Of a stretch of 64,000 nt of DNA, positions 7,864 through 20,354 are shown in pieces. The stretch comes from Verrucomicrobiota bacterium. GTDB taxonomy: Bacteria; Verrucomicrobiota; Verrucomicrobiia; Limisphaerales; SXTU01. Both the position numbers and the translations under genes were made by a program. Positions within the stretch are counted from its first letter, which is position 1. Each line of letters begins with the position of its first letter. Location of the stretch: positions 15,299 through 79,298 of the forward strand of contig VHDH01000003.1 of assembly GCA_016871445.1 (NCBI GenBank), written 5' to 3'. A model generated the notes under the pieces. That model did no database searches, was not told the DNA's origin, and saw only the letters and a program-made list of their open reading frames with translations.

Positions 7864-8892
7864 TTATTGACCGCTTCTCCTAGAGCGGCTTTTGATCGCG
7901 AAGCAGATACCCAAGCCTAGCGCGATGACGATCAGCGGTATGCCCAGCCAAACTGTGAATTCATTCACGGGCTTGGCAGCCGGCGATTGCTCTTTGGAGG
8001 CTGCGCGGTTCAACTTGGTCCTGGTTCCAGGCACCGCATCGTAATACGTCGCGCCGATTCGAATCTCGTCAAGGTTCGCCTCACAACTGCATGACAAAAC
8101 CAAATCGCTGCTCGTCACTTCACTGAGCAAAGCCTCGTTAATGTCCGGCGCCTCCGCCGGCGCCACGATGGATGAATCTAACGCGGGCGTCGGATTAACC
8201 CACAAAGTGGTGCGGTCCTGACCTGCCAGGTAGTCAACTCGCATGACCAGCAAAACAGTCTGCCCATAAGTCAATGCAACCGGGCTGTCCACCGCCGGCG
8301 CTTCCACTCCCCAGGCGAGTTTGTTTGCGTTCCGGCCAAACCAACCGGCAGATCCGGTCATCTTCACGCCTGCCCACCATCCGATTTGCCCGACAGGCGC
8401 CGCCTTGTGTGCGGGGTTATCTGCCAGCCGCACCAGCATGGAAAACCAGCGCGTGATCCCATTAACGCCGATACTGGCGTTGGTGGTGGGACGACGCATC
8501 TCCGCAAAGAGCCAGTTAGTCGTCCCCAACTGGGCGTAGGCGGAGTTACCCGATACCAGCAAATCCACGCCATTTTTGGTGTAGGTCAGCCCGAAATTGT
8601 CCACTCCTGCCGGCAGCACTGTGGATCGCCATGCCGCGGAAAATCCTTGTCCGCCGCTCTTTCCGGCCAAGCCGGACGTCGGCTTTGACCCGTCCGGCGG
8701 GTAATCAAATCCCTCATAGACGAATAGTTGTGCGCTCGCCGAAGCGCACCAGGCCAAAAATGCCACCGTGCCGAACACCCAACTCGAGCGCCAATTGAAA
8801 CCCATGGGCAACTTGCTTTTTCGGGCGAGCAATCCCCCCCAGAATGGTTGTTCCTGGATGTTTTTTACCGGTTCAGAGGTGTTTGGGTTCAT
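7864..8892 (-). CDS. Secreted/anchored protein of unknown function with a C-terminal TM helix plus basic tail
   Basis: 342-aa ORF with signal-like WVFGTVAFLAWCASASAQ and a FVYEGFDY motif after it. The C-terminus is WLGIPLIVIALGLGICFAIKSRSRRSGQ. An alternative start is M30 at 8805. Confidence 0.6.
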   Translation of the reverse strand: MNPNTSEPVKNIQEQPFWGGLLARKSKLPMGFNWRSSWVFGTVAFLAWCASASAQLFVYEGFDYPPDGSKPTSGLAGKSGGQGFSAAWRSTVLPAGVDNFGLTYTKNGVDLLVSGNSAYAQLGTTNWLFAEMRRPTTNASIGVNGITRWFSMLVRLADNPAHKAAPVGQIGWWAGVKMTGSAGWFGRNANKLAWGVEAPAVDSPVALTYGQTVLLVMRVDYLAGQDRTTLWVNPTPALDSSIVAPAEAPDINEALLSEVTSSDLVLSCSCEANLDEIRIGATYYDAVPGTRTKLNRAASKEQSPAAKPVNEFTVWLGIPLIVIALGLGICFAIKSRSRRSGQ

Positions 8893-9144
8893 ACGTTTTG
8901 GTGCTTTTCAAAAATGAGTTTTTCTATCTACGCGAACACAGTTTGCCCTTTCTAAGAAGCTTAAATGGCTTTGGTTGACGGGCCTGAGTCGTCGGGAGAA
9001 TTGATGTTCTCCTCAGGGTAAATTGTGAAGAGAAATAGTCGGCCATGTAGCGCGCCGTTCTTTCTTTGCGGCACTGAGCGATGTGCACTTGTGAACGATC
9101 ACCCAGCGGCTGCTGGCGCGCCGTTAGGTTGCTCGACGTATTTC

Positions 9145-11409
9145 CTAGTTCCTGTTAGGTGCCTCCGGTGTCGTCGAAGTCAGCCGATAGCGAATCGACT
9201 TCGGCTCGATGACCGGTTCGGCGTCGTCGGCGTCGCGCAAGTTGATCAGCACATTGCGGCCCATGCCTCGGCTGATGTAAGTGTCGCTCCATTCCTCTGG
9301 AGACAGCTTTACTCGCCGAGCACGGTCGAAAGTGATGAGGACTGCGTGGTCGAACCGTGTTAGTCGCACAGCCGACGCTCTAACAAGTGATTCGGTGGCT
9401 TGCGTCCATTTTTCGGCAACTAGAAATTCGATCTTAGTTGGCACGACGGTGGGCTGCCGCTGTGAATCGCGGAGGTAGACCGGCAAGGTCTCATACAGTT
9501 CAACAATCTGGTCCTTGCCGTCACCGCGAAGTGTAGTCTCGATCGCGATTCCAGCGCCATCGATCTGGAACTGCCGCGAGTACTCGTATTTTCCCAAGAT
9601 CGTCGGCGTCTGCCCCACCACGTTGGGCGGCACGATGCCTGCGACGGTGACGACGGCGGTCTGGCCCATGATCTGGAGTGACACGTCGGGCCTTTGAATG
9701 CGAGCCGAGGTGAAGAAGACGCCAGCGGCGGTGAGGCCGCTCACCGCATGGTTCGGCCAATTACGCCAATTGTCGATGGCGTCGAACGATTTGCCGGAAG
9801 TCATGCCGCCGCGCTGGCCGAGGATCACGCACCCGGTGTGGGGCGTCCAGAACGCGGAGAGTTGCCCGCCGCTTAGGCCCATCGGGCCGGGAAATTGCCT
9901 CAAGCCATCATTCGGATCCTGACCTCCAATGGAGCCGACGTGCAGGATGGCCGCGAAGCCCGGCTGCTTGCAGACGACAAAGTCTTTCTCAAACGCGCGG
10001 ATGAAGTTCTCGCCGCGTTCAAACGGTGACTTGAGATATGGAGAATTTTCAGCAACCAGTTTTTTGAAGTGGGCGTACGCGCCCGGGCGGTAAAACTCGT
10101 GGCCGGGGTTTACGCTGGCGGGAAAATTGTAGGTCATCCAAATCCGGCGTTCCCAAGGATGATTCGCCAACTCTTCGTTGCGGTAGTGTTCATTGGGAGT
10201 AACGGGGACGCCGTTCAGCATTTTGACTGGGTTCTCGGCGATCTGCGAATTGAACTGGGCCGCCTTTAGAGCCGGGCTGTTCTTCAACTCGCCATCGCTG
10301 GGCAGCGTGTTCAGGTGGGCCGCTTCGTCGGTGAGCATCGCGGCAGCCAGATCGCGAATTGTCCCCCATGACCACTGGTCAACGGAGGCCGGTCCCGCCA
10401 CCCGGGAATTGAAATGGCTCGGCCCTGTAAGCGCACCGTCCGGCTCGCGGAGGATCAAGTGGCCCCGTAAGCGATAGGTCTTGGCCAGCGCCTCATTCAC
10501 GAAAGGCCAGTTCGCGGCCAGACCCGTCGTTACGGCGAACAGATTGGCTTGGCCGTTGAATGGGATGTCTAGTCCGCCGCGGAACGTCCAGTAGCCGGCA
10601 GGCCTGAAGTATGCGGGATCGCTATAGAGTCTCTTGGCGAACGTTTCAACTTGGGCGGAAAACACTGGATCGGCCAAGACCCGCGCTACGCACCATAGAC
10701 CCAACGGCGCGATTAAGTCGGATTGAGGGTCTTCCCAGCGCACACCCCACTGAATGACCCGCTCACCGTGTTTTCTAAGCCCCGCTTCGTAGGCTTTTCG
10801 CACTCGTTCTGGCAACACATCCCTAAACCCTGGATAGGGCAAGCCGAAGTAAACCAGTTGATAAGAGAAAAGGTCGGCCCGGCCGGCCTTTGGATCATCG
10901 TCGAAATCGGCGTCAACCATCAGCATGTTGGCCATCGCGGTCGCGAACGCTCGCAACTTCAAGCCGCGGTTATTGTGGAATGGATTACCGGGATAGTTCC
11001 ACTGCACGAGCGGGATCAAAGTCTCGGGCCAGACCGGCGGCCGCATGACCCCTTGCGGCGTCTCGATGGCAGATAGGAGGAAGCATTCTGGCGGCGCGTT
11101 GATCGCAGGCGGGCCGCGCTTTGTGCCGACGAGTGGCTGCGTCATGCGCGTGAAGATCGTCGTGCGAAAGAGCGTTTCAGCATCGTGCTCGACCGGCTCA
11201 TTCGTCAGCTTCGCCACCACGCCATGAGCGAAATCTTCCGACCTTAGCGAGCCGAGGTATTCGATAAGCACCCGCTGATACTCGTGGTCTCTCGGCAGCT
11301 TCGACCGAGGCACCGGTTTCGAATTTGCGATGGTCTGCCCGAACGCGGAGGCAAACCACTCAGTCAGCAGCAGGCCGGCCAGCGTCAAAAGCAACAACGG
11401 CCGCGTCAT
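9145..11409 (-). CDS. Large secreted protein of unknown function (754 aa)
   Basis: Uninterrupted 754-aa ORF with a clear signal peptide MTRPLLLLTLAGLLLTEWFASAFGQ. I recognise no catalytic motif. It is co-directional with the adjacent sulfatase genes. Confidence 0.7.
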   Translation of the reverse strand: MTRPLLLLTLAGLLLTEWFASAFGQTIANSKPVPRSKLPRDHEYQRVLIEYLGSLRSEDFAHGVVAKLTNEPVEHDAETLFRTTIFTRMTQPLVGTKRGPPAINAPPECFLLSAIETPQGVMRPPVWPETLIPLVQWNYPGNPFHNNRGLKLRAFATAMANMLMVDADFDDDPKAGRADLFSYQLVYFGLPYPGFRDVLPERVRKAYEAGLRKHGERVIQWGVRWEDPQSDLIAPLGLWCVARVLADPVFSAQVETFAKRLYSDPAYFRPAGYWTFRGGLDIPFNGQANLFAVTTGLAANWPFVNEALAKTYRLRGHLILREPDGALTGPSHFNSRVAGPASVDQWSWGTIRDLAAAMLTDEAAHLNTLPSDGELKNSPALKAAQFNSQIAENPVKMLNGVPVTPNEHYRNEELANHPWERRIWMTYNFPASVNPGHEFYRPGAYAHFKKLVAENSPYLKSPFERGENFIRAFEKDFVVCKQPGFAAILHVGSIGGQDPNDGLRQFPGPMGLSGGQLSAFWTPHTGCVILGQRGGMTSGKSFDAIDNWRNWPNHAVSGLTAAGVFFTSARIQRPDVSLQIMGQTAVVTVAGIVPPNVVGQTPTILGKYEYSRQFQIDGAGIAIETTLRGDGKDQIVELYETLPVYLRDSQRQPTVVPTKIEFLVAEKWTQATESLVRASAVRLTRFDHAVLITFDRARRVKLSPEEWSDTYISRGMGRNVLINLRDADDAEPVIEPKSIRYRLTSTTPEAPNRN

Positions 11410-11611
11410 CGAAATGGTTGGTTAAAAATCGGTTTCAGAAAGTTTCGGGGGACAAAAGAACAATTACAATGACGGTTGAAAGGTTGTTAATCAGGTTCCC
11501 TCTTTGAGGACGGGTGGTTATTTAACCCCGCGCTTGTTATTTGCCATGCCGTGACTTGTTAGTGGCCGCCGCTCGCTGCGTATCTGGTTTGGGTTGCTAC
11601 CGCTCCGATTA

Positions 11612-13438
<1,827 letters not shown>

Positions 13439-13525
13439 GATTTTATGGCGGTGAGTTTACCCGAGCACTTCTAGCCGCGCTATCGTGATCCAACGCTAAC
13501 TTTCGGCTAGCACTGGGCCGCACGA

Positions 13526-14959
13526 TCACTTGGCCGGCCCGCGCTCCAGCAGCTTCTTTAGCTCAGTCACGGCCGCTGCGTGTTTAGGGTCGCCGGCGAG
13601 GTTGTGGTATTGCTTGGGGTCCGCCTGAGCATCGTAAAGCTCCACGCCCGCGAGGCCGCCATCCCATTCGATGTAGCACCAGCGGTCGGTGCGGACGCTG
13701 CGGCCCATGAGCGACTTCTTGGTCGGATCCACGCCGACGGTGAGGCTGACCTCGGCGTTGCGGGTGACTTGGGTGAACGCGGGCTTGTCCCATGCGGCCT
13801 GGGGATTAGCCAGGAGCGGCTTGAGGCTCTTGCCTTCGAGCTTCGGATGGATGGGCAGGCCGGCGAGGTCGGCGATCGTTGGGTGCAGGTCCACAAGCTC
13901 GGCCGGACGGCGGCACGTCTGGCCGTTCACCTTGTTCCCCGGCCTGGCGATGATCAGCGGCACGCGCGCGGATTCCTCGAAGAGGCTGCGTTTCTGCCAC
14001 TGTCCGCCATGCTCGCCAAGCAGCCAGCCGTGGTCGCTGAAGAAAATGATCAGGGTGGTGTCCGCGAGTTTAAGGCGGTCCAGCGCGTCCACCACGCGGC
14101 CGACCTGCGCGTCCATCTGGCTCACGCTCGCGTAGTAGGCGCGGAGGAACTGGCGGATGTCCGGCTCGGCCACGCCGTAGTTGGGCGGGTTCACGAGCGG
14201 CGACACGCGGGGAATCTTCGCGAGGTGTTCCAGCGGCTCCTTGGGCAGCGAAAATTTCTCCACCGGATGCAGGTCGAAAAACGGCTGGCTCGCAACACAC
14301 GGCACGTGGGGACGGAAGAAGCCGCAGGCGATGAAGAAGGGTTTGTCCGGCTGGGCGGCGTGCTGCTCCAGCAGCTTGATGACCTCGCCGGCGATCAGTC
14401 CGTCGGTGTGGTCCGTGCCGTCACCGGCCGTCGTGTGCCACGCGAGCGCCGCACCGAGACCGATCTTGGGCGTGTAGTTGAGCAGCGAGCTCTCCTCTGC
14501 TTTGTCGCGGCCCGACGGGTTGATGGTCCGCTGCCACGAGGGTGCATCGTCGAAGCCGTCCGTGCCGATCTGCATCGGCACGCCGTAGTGGTAGAGCTTG
14601 CCCGCGCGCACCACGGAGTAGCCGGCGCGCTGGAAGGTCTGCGGCAGGGTTTGCGCGTCGGGCACGGCCTTGCGGAAGTGTGTGACGTTCTCAAACACGC
14701 GCGTGGTGTCCGGCCGCAGCCCGGACATGAAGGAGGAGCGCGACGGGTTGCACAGCGGATACTGGCAATAGGCGCGCTCGAAGCGCACGCCGCGCTTGGC
14801 GAGGCGGTCAATGTTCGGCGAGGACGCGAGCGGGTCGCCGTAGCAGCCGAGGCGGGTGTTCAGGTCATCGGCAACCAGGAAGAGGACGTTGAGCTTCGGC
14901 GCAGCAGCGGCGGTGAACGCGAGCAGGCAGAGGGCGAGCAGGGTCAGTCGGACGTGCAT
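13526..14959 (-). CDS. Sulfatase, iduronate-2-sulfatase-like
   Basis: NVLFLVADDLNTRLGCYGD...SPNIDRLA...CNPSRSSFMSGLRPDTT closely parallels the iduronate-2-sulfatase N-terminal region and contains C-x-P-S-R. ATG at 14959 (MHVRLTLLALCLLAF signal) is preferred over the TTG at 14995. Confidence 0.9.
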   Translation of the reverse strand: MHVRLTLLALCLLAFTAAAAPKLNVLFLVADDLNTRLGCYGDPLASSPNIDRLAKRGVRFERAYCQYPLCNPSRSSFMSGLRPDTTRVFENVTHFRKAVPDAQTLPQTFQRAGYSVVRAGKLYHYGVPMQIGTDGFDDAPSWQRTINPSGRDKAEESSLLNYTPKIGLGAALAWHTTAGDGTDHTDGLIAGEVIKLLEQHAAQPDKPFFIACGFFRPHVPCVASQPFFDLHPVEKFSLPKEPLEHLAKIPRVSPLVNPPNYGVAEPDIRQFLRAYYASVSQMDAQVGRVVDALDRLKLADTTLIIFFSDHGWLLGEHGGQWQKRSLFEESARVPLIIARPGNKVNGQTCRRPAELVDLHPTIADLAGLPIHPKLEGKSLKPLLANPQAAWDKPAFTQVTRNAEVSLTVGVDPTKKSLMGRSVRTDRWCYIEWDGGLAGVELYDAQADPKQYHNLAGDPKHAAAVTELKKLLERGPAK

Positions 14960-15042
14960 GAGGTGAGCTTGCGCCGTGCGGTTGGTGGGACTCAAGCGGG
15001 AGTTCAGTCAGGGACTACGCACGTCGGCTCGACCGATGTCGC

Positions 15043-16479
15043 TTACGCGAGAATGGGCCGGATGATTTCGCCGTGGTCCAAGTCGAGCCGCTTGCGGTCA
15101 GGGACTTCGAGGCGGCGGCCATTCAATCCCAGTTGGTGCAGGATGGTCGCGTGGGTGTCCGTGACGTAGTGCGCGTCCTCGACGGCGTGGAAGCCCAACT
15201 CATCTGTCGCGCCATGAACCACCCCGCCCTTGATGCCACCGCCGGCCAGCCAGACCGAGAAGCCATAGGGATGATGGTCGCGCCCGTCCGCGCCTTGCGA
15301 GCCGGGGGTGCGGCCAAATTCGGTGGCGAAGACAACGATGGTTTCGTCGAGCAGGCCGCGGCGTTTCAAGTCTTGGAGCAAGCCAGCGGTCGGTTTGTCC
15401 ACTTGGGCGGTGAGTTTGGCATGGTTCGCTTTCAGTCCGCTATGCGCGTCCCACGCGCCGGCCGCGCCGTCGCCGTGCTGGATTTGGATGAAGCGTACGC
15501 CGCGCTCGACGAAGCGGCGCGCGGCGAGGAGTTGGGTGCCAAAGGCTTTCGTCTCGGAATGGTCGAGACCGTAGAGCTGTTTTGTCTCGGCGGATTCGCG
15601 CTCGAAGTTGACCACTTCGGGCACGGCCATCTGCATGCGGAAGGCGAGTTCGTAACTCTTGATGCGCGCGTCGAGGGCTTGGTCGCCGGGGTATTGCGTG
15701 GCCTTTAGCCGGTTCAACTGCCCGACGAGGTTGAACTGTATTTGTTGCTCCGCAGCGCTGAGGTCGCCCTCCGGCCGCGCGTAGGCGAGCGGTTCGCGCG
15801 GGTCAATGACGAGCGGCACGGCGTCGTAGGCGGGGCCGAGGTAACGGCCGTCGCGCTTGTCGAAGAAGCGCGGGCCCATGTTGATGAACTGCGGGAGATT
15901 GTCGTTGAGCGAGCCGAGGCCGTAGTTCACCCACGCGCCGATGGTCGGCTCCTGCACGTCAAGCATGTGCCGGCCGGAATGAAACTGCACCTGCGCGCCG
16001 TGATTGTCATCGGTGGTCCACATGGAGCGCACGATGGCGAGGTCGTCCACGCAAGCGCGGAGGTGGGGAAACCAGTCGCTGACCGCGATGCCGCTTTTGC
16101 CGCCGGGCGCATAGCCGACTTGCAGCGGGTAAATCTTGTTGCGCTGCTGGCCGTTGGCATCGTTGACCACAACCACGCGCACGCGCTTGCGTTTCTCGGG
16201 ATCGTTGATGCCCTTGAAAGGCGTTTCATCAAAGGTCTTGCCGGCGTATTGGGTGAGGGCCGGCTTGGGGTCGAAGCTCTCCATGTGGCTCAACCCACCC
16301 CGCAAGAAAATCCAGATGACCGACTTGGCCCGCGCGGGAAAATGCGGCAGGCCCGTGGGTGGCCGCCAACTGCCTTCCAACCCGAAACCATCCCGCGCAA
16401 GCATCGTATTTAGTGCCAGCGTACCGAAGCCAAGGCCGGAGCGGGTGAGGAAGGAGCGGCGAGAGACGGTGGCGCTCAT
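15043..16479 (-). CDS. DUF1501 domain protein (sulfatase-fold, Tat signal)
   Basis: N-terminal [18 protein letters not shown] Tat motif followed by [23 protein letters not shown], the characteristic DUF1501 opening. Length 478 aa. Confidence 0.85.
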   Translation of the reverse strand: MSATVSRRSFLTRSGLGFGTLALNTMLARDGFGLEGSWRPPTGLPHFPARAKSVIWIFLRGGLSHMESFDPKPALTQYAGKTFDETPFKGINDPEKRKRVRVVVVNDANGQQRNKIYPLQVGYAPGGKSGIAVSDWFPHLRACVDDLAIVRSMWTTDDNHGAQVQFHSGRHMLDVQEPTIGAWVNYGLGSLNDNLPQFINMGPRFFDKRDGRYLGPAYDAVPLVIDPREPLAYARPEGDLSAAEQQIQFNLVGQLNRLKATQYPGDQALDARIKSYELAFRMQMAVPEVVNFERESAETKQLYGLDHSETKAFGTQLLAARRFVERGVRFIQIQHGDGAAGAWDAHSGLKANHAKLTAQVDKPTAGLLQDLKRRGLLDETIVVFATEFGRTPGSQGADGRDHHPYGFSVWLAGGGIKGGVVHGATDELGFHAVEDAHYVTDTHATILHQLGLNGRRLEVPDRKRLDLDHGEIIRPILA

Positions 16480-16491
16480 CCAACTGGCTAG

Positions 16492-18666
16492 TTACTTCGC
16501 CGCCGGCACCACCACAAGTTCGCCGCGGTCGGCTTTGGGTTGGAGGCGGATATAGTCGCTAAGGATGCTGAGCGTTTCCTTCAGATATACGTCGAGGATG
16601 GCTTTCGCCGCGTCTGTGGTGTCCTCAGGCTCCTCGCCGTCCTCCGGGTTTTTTGGGGCTGAAGCCTTGGGGTTCGGTTTGTTTTTGTCCTCGGCTTTGG
16701 GTTTGGGTGGCTGGAGTGCGACGAGTGGCTGGTTTTTATCCACGGTCTCAGTCTTCACGAGGAAGACTTTGTCGGTGACGGCTGCCCGGGCGTCGCGCTC
16801 CTTCTTGCGGACTTCCGCACGGGCCTCCGCTTCGGCTTTTTCCTTGAGGCGCTGCGGTTCGCTCAACGAAACGCTCTTGTCAGCCCGCTGTTTTTTCACC
16901 TGCTCGATGTCTTCGAGGATGTAGCGGAAGTCCTGGTTCTTGGCGATGCGGTCAGTGGAAAGCTTGCGGAGCTGATCGAGGCTTCCGTTGACGCGGTCAG
17001 TGCGCTGGTATTTTGCGGGCTGAATGTTGTCGGCGTCGAGGACGTTGGGCAAGTAAGCCTCACCAGTTTCGAGGAGGTCGAGGACGTTGGGCAACGTGAT
17101 ATCGGGCGTGACACCGTGCTTCTGCGTGGTGCCGCCAGCAATGCGGTAGAATTTTGAGATGGTGAACTTGAGCTGGCCGGGATCGGTGACCTGCCGATTG
17201 CCCATCCACTGGGCGAGCGGAAAGAGTGTTTGCACCGTGCCCTTGCCGTGCGTGTGCTGGTCGCCGACGATAAGCGCGCGGCCGTAGTCCTGCAATGCGG
17301 CGGCAACAATTTCCGAGGCGGAGGCGCTGTGGTGGCCGACGGCGACGATGAGCGGACCGTCGTAAGCGAGGCGGGCATCCTCATCTTCAAGGACTTCAGT
17401 CTGCTTAGGCTGGCGAACTTGGACGACAGGGCCGCGTTTAATGAAGAGGCCGGTGAGTTCTACGGCTTCGTTGAGCAGACCACCACCGTTGCGGCGCAGG
17501 TCAAGGACGAGGCCAGAAATGTTTTCCTTCTTCAGTCGGCCAATGAGCTTTTCAACGTCCGCCGCGCACTTCTGGTAGAATTGGGGCAGCTCGATCACAC
17601 CAAGGCGCTGGAGCTTACCGTCCAAGCCTGCGAGTTCAACGACACGAGCGTAAGCGTAGGACTCTTTGAGTTTGATCTCGTCCCGCACAATGCGGATTTC
17701 TTTTCGCTCGGCATCGCTCGCAGCCCCGACCGGAATGACAATTAGCCGGACCTCGGTGCCTTTCTTGCCGCGGATCATGTCTACGACCTCATCGAGCTTC
17801 ATGTCCACACAGTCCACGGGTTCGGCAGAGCCCTGGCCGACGGCAACGATGCGGTCCTTGGGCTTGAGCTGCTTGCTCAGTTCGGCAGGGCCGCCGGGGG
17901 TGAGGTTCACAATTTCGGTGTAACCCTCATCGGTCTGGGTGAGTTGTGCCCCAATCCCGGTGAGCTTCAACTGCACGTTGTGGATATTGAAGTTTTTGGC
18001 GACCGCGGGGGCCATGTAGTCAGAGTGCGGGTCATAGGCGTGGCCCAGCGCCGACAGATATGCTTGGAGAATATCGCTGGAATCAAACTGCTTCATGTTC
18101 CGCTGCAGCCGGGCGTAACGCTTGGTGGTTTTCTCGGCGGCCTTTTCCAGCGTATCGCCGGCGAGCTTTCCGCCGAGTAGTTCAAACTTCACGCGCTGCC
18201 GCCACAACTCCTGCGCATCGGCCTCGGATTTAGGCCACGGCAGCTTGTTGCGCTGCGGAATAAACTTTTCGTCGGTGGTGAAGTTGTGTTTTTCCTTGAC
18301 CAAGGAGCCGACGCGGCCAACGGCAGCATCGAGCCGTTGCAGGTAGCGGGTGAAGATCTCGTAAGCTGCGCTCGCGTCGCCTTTCTTAGTGAGGTTATCC
18401 AGTTCTTTTCCGTATTTCTCAGTGAACTCGTCCACGTCGGGTTGAAGAAAAATCATGTGGTTGAAGTCGAGGGCGTCGAGAAAGTTCTTTAAATGCATTG
18501 CGGCGACCTCGTCGTTAAGTGGGGCGCCTTTGTAGTGTGCGCGGTCGAGCAGATCACCGACGGATTTGGCGATGCGTCCGGCTTGGTCGCGCGTGAACTC
18601 GACAGCCTGCGTGGACCCACCCGCTAAGCAGAGTGCTGCCAGCCCGGCAGAGAAAAATGATTTCAT
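16492..18666 (-). CDS. Carboxy-terminal processing (tail-specific) protease, S41 family
   Basis: Signal peptide, PDZ-like region, and the S41 catalytic block GHHSASASEIVAAALQDYGRALIVGDQHTHGKGTVQ. The stop lies 12 nt before the DUF1501 start. Confidence 0.9.
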   Translation of the reverse strand: MKSFFSAGLAALCLAGGSTQAVEFTRDQAGRIAKSVGDLLDRAHYKGAPLNDEVAAMHLKNFLDALDFNHMIFLQPDVDEFTEKYGKELDNLTKKGDASAAYEIFTRYLQRLDAAVGRVGSLVKEKHNFTTDEKFIPQRNKLPWPKSEADAQELWRQRVKFELLGGKLAGDTLEKAAEKTTKRYARLQRNMKQFDSSDILQAYLSALGHAYDPHSDYMAPAVAKNFNIHNVQLKLTGIGAQLTQTDEGYTEIVNLTPGGPAELSKQLKPKDRIVAVGQGSAEPVDCVDMKLDEVVDMIRGKKGTEVRLIVIPVGAASDAERKEIRIVRDEIKLKESYAYARVVELAGLDGKLQRLGVIELPQFYQKCAADVEKLIGRLKKENISGLVLDLRRNGGGLLNEAVELTGLFIKRGPVVQVRQPKQTEVLEDEDARLAYDGPLIVAVGHHSASASEIVAAALQDYGRALIVGDQHTHGKGTVQTLFPLAQWMGNRQVTDPGQLKFTISKFYRIAGGTTQKHGVTPDITLPNVLDLLETGEAYLPNVLDADNIQPAKYQRTDRVNGSLDQLRKLSTDRIAKNQDFRYILEDIEQVKKQRADKSVSLSEPQRLKEKAEAEARAEVRKKERDARAAVTDKVFLVKTETVDKNQPLVALQPPKPKAEDKNKPNPKASAPKNPEDGEEPEDTTDAAKAILDVYLKETLSILSDYIRLQPKADRGELVVVPAAK

Positions 18667-18922
18667 ATTCGCTGTAACTAAGAATGTGCCCGCCGACGGT
18701 GCGGAATCAACTGGTAAGTCCGTCTAAAATTGGGCGCACAGGCCACAACCAGTGGACTAGCCAGCGGGGCGATTGTTCAAAACAAGGTTGCCGGCTGGTC
18801 GGCCTTGCGAGCCGGGCAGGCGTGGTTCGCAGCGGTCACCGCCCGGTGGAAATCCCCCGTAACTCGCACGAGCAGGGTAGCCGTGGACTAAAGTATCTTC
18901 CAGCGCGGGCCAGCTTAACCGC

Positions 18923-20206
<1,284 letters not shown>

Positions 20207-20244
20207 CTACTAGCAGTCGGCCATCGGTGAGGACGGCAAGAAAC

Positions 20245-20273
20245 AAAAAAAACCCCAAATTGTAAATTCGGGG
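20245..20273 (-). terminator. Rho-independent terminator downstream of the DEAD-box helicase gene
   Basis: The minus strand reads CCCCGAA-tttacaa-TTTGGGG followed by TTTTTTTT. It lies about 80 nt after the helicase stop at 20355. Confidence 0.6.
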
Positions 20274-20354
20274 CGAACCGCTCAGTACTTACAAGCGGAC
20301 GCTAGGAATGCAGAGCCGCAATGTCAATCGCGCTTTGCACGAAGCACCCAAGCT

